DNA from: Sphaerodactylus townsendi | Taxonomy: Eukaryota | Assembly: GCF_021028975.2 (NCBI RefSeq) | Contig: NC_059429.1 | Coordinates: 78,740,001 to 78,804,000, forward strand | Direction of reading: 5' to 3' | Length of the DNA stretch: 64,000 nt | In this document: positions 62,287 through 64,000 of the stretch, piece by piece | How the letters are laid out: every line of letters begins with the position of its first letter | Numbering within the stretch: the first letter of the stretch is position 1 | The notes under the pieces: generated by a model | Told to the model about the DNA's origin: nothing | The model's input: only the letters and a program-made list of their open reading frames with translations | Databases searched by the model: none | Position numbers and translations under genes: made by a program

Positions 62287-62432
62287 TTCTCCCACCCTGG
62301 ACATTCCACAGGTATATATACTCCTCTTGCTTTACTACCATCAGATCCTTTGAAGATGCCAGCCACAGATGCAGGCGAAACGTCAGGAGAAAATGCTACT
62401 GGAACACGGACATACAGCCTGGAAACTCCACA
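62287..62432 (+). mobile_element. Penelope-like terminal fragment with hammerhead motif (62346-62388)
   Basis: Same family as 49582-49692; TCCT-TTGAAGA-T-GCC..GGC-GAAA-C-GTC-AGGA. Confidence 0.75.
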
Positions 62433-62488
62433 AGGCTCCAGCAAATCACTATATTCCCTAACTTCACATGAACAGGCTGGTCACTTAC

Positions 62489-62638
62489 CTCATCCTGCGA
62501 GCCAATGAGACGAGATGTGACACCAGTAGTGTAGATACCACCACTGGTATCCTCATGAATTTTGATGTTAGATTTCCGGTGGCGGGAGTCAGGATCCCGT
62601 GTGCTATCAAAAAGATCCAAGATCTCTTCGTTGTACAG
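62489..62638 (-). CDS. KIF21B: KIF21B exon ~4, motor ([11 protein letters not shown]...LIGSQDE)
   Basis: ttcag|CTG ... GAG|gtaagt; 150 nt, phase 0 to 0. Confidence 0.95.
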
Positions 62639-63380
62639 CTGAACAAAGAGACAAACCAAAATGATTTGATGTAAGGCTCCTTGATTATCAAAATGCTCAT
62701 CTTTACAAAACTGTCAAAGTAAGTCCCTTGGCATTGAGAATGCCTTGAAGATCAGCCAAGAGTTAATACAGGCACCAGCAAAGATTGTATGAGAATTAAC
62801 AAAGTGCTACAAAATTTTAGTGCTACAAAAATTCTAGATTCTTGACAGAAATAAATTGCTTACAAGTAGGCACATCTTGGGTTACAAAATTTCTGTTAGA
62901 TATTTGCATCACAGTTCAGGGGGGTTGTTTTGTTTTGGTGGTGGTGGGGCAGATAATGACAATTACTGCAAAGGCTAAGATTCATGAAATACTAAGGGGC
63001 TGAATGGGTGAAGGATGCAGTATGAAGTACTGCTACCTTTTATTTACTTCATTTTTATCATCGCTTTCCCTCCTCAATGACAACTCAGAGAGGCTTATCT
63101 GTTGTTTTTTCTGAAAACACCCTCTGAGGTAAATTAGGTTTGAGAGGTCCAAGGTTATCCAGCAAGCTTCTGATCCCAGTTTGACACTCTAGCCACTACA
63201 CCATACTGGTTCTCACATGAGAGACTTCATTCTCCTGATAGCCTACAAAAACCTGGAAGAAGAGCTTGAAACTCTAACTAGAAAAGACATGATTGTGGAT
63301 TCCCATTTGTCTTCAAAAACTAAATTACTGCTTCTGAACACTCCAATTCTGATGAAAGCCACTGAGGGCCAGATGCTTTA

Positions 63381-63690
63381 GCAGCAGTGGCGTAGGATGT
63401 TAAGAGCTCATGTATCTAATCTGGAGGAACCGGGTTTGATTCCCAGCTCTGCCACCTGAGCTGTGGAGGCTTATCTGGGGAATTCAGATTAGCCTGTATA
63501 CTCCCACACACGCCAGCTGGGTGACCTTGGGCTAGTCACAGCTTCTCAGAGCTCTCTCAGCCCCACCTACCTCACAGGGTGTTTGTTGTGAGGGGGGAAG
63601 GGCAAGGAGATTGTAAGCCCCTTTGAGTCTCCTACAGGAGAGAAAGGGGGGATATAAATCCAAACTCTTCTTCTTCTTCTCTTCTTCTTC
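63381..63690 (+). mobile_element. Full-length tRNA/MIR(Ther1)-derived SINE, Squam3-like, (CTT)n tail
   Basis: A box TGGCGTAGGATG, B box GGTTTGATTCC, MIR-like gtgaccttgggctagtcac core, microsatellite tail; five related copies in window. Confidence 0.88.
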
Positions 63691-63769
63691 ATGGTTTTGT
63701 AAATGAAATCCCATCCTCACACACCAATATACTATCATCAGCCCTGCAAAGGGTGTGCTGTAGACTAGA

Positions 63770-63990
63770 GAGCCAGCATGGTTCAGTGACTAGAGTGTCA
63801 GACTAGGATCAAGGATACCCAGGCTCAAATCTCCACTCTGCCATGGACATTTTTTGGGAGACCTTAGACCAGCCCTACAATCTAGCATAATTTATCTCAC
63901 AGTATAGTTGTACGAATTAAAAGGAGAAGTAATGTAAACCATTTTAAGTCCCTAGTGGGGAAAAGGTGGGATACAAATGAAGTAAAATAG
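63770..63990 (+). mobile_element. Older MIR/Squam3-like SINE
   Basis: Diverged tRNA-like head (ggttcagtgactagagtgtcagactag...ggctcaaatctcc); similar old copies near 12790-12985, 54590-54795, 63040-63210. Confidence 0.55.
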
Positions 63991-64000
63991 AACCTTAAAA

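Noticed and set aside
63381-63455. tRNA-like A and B boxes
   Set aside because: Continues into a MIR-like core and (CTT)n tail and recurs five times: a SINE head, not a tRNA gene

Overview
Eukaryotic (vertebrate) genomic DNA; the repeat content (tRNA/MIR-derived SINE with (CTT)n tail, CR1, RTE/BovB, L2, Penelope-like elements, hAT and Harbinger MITEs) indicates a squamate reptile, probably a gecko (inference). Two convergent multi-exon genes. INAVA/C1orf106 (+) contributes its last six coding exons, 80-10041. KIF21B (-) contributes about 32 exons, from the kinesin motor exon at 62638 to two alternative terminal exons stopping at 17640 and 16933, with a likely polyA signal at about 13420. I checked every exon boundary by eye for GT-AG and phase continuity, and both reading frames are intact. 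Exon numbers are inferred from the human 35-exon structure. Most notable observations: three minimal hammerhead-ribozyme motifs in Penelope-like fragments inside KIF21B introns, each with a different single lesion; a candidate unannotated 210-nt in-frame extension of KIF21B exon 26; a 39-nt cassette exon with a UGCAUG cluster; two alternative C-termini; a ~160-bp direct repeat bracketing exon 29; and a hAT element built as a ~1.1-kb palindrome. I did not find a demonstrably new biological system; the best leads are the ribozyme motifs and the KIF21B isoform features. No prokaryotic features, CRISPR arrays, rRNA or bona fide tRNA genes were found.
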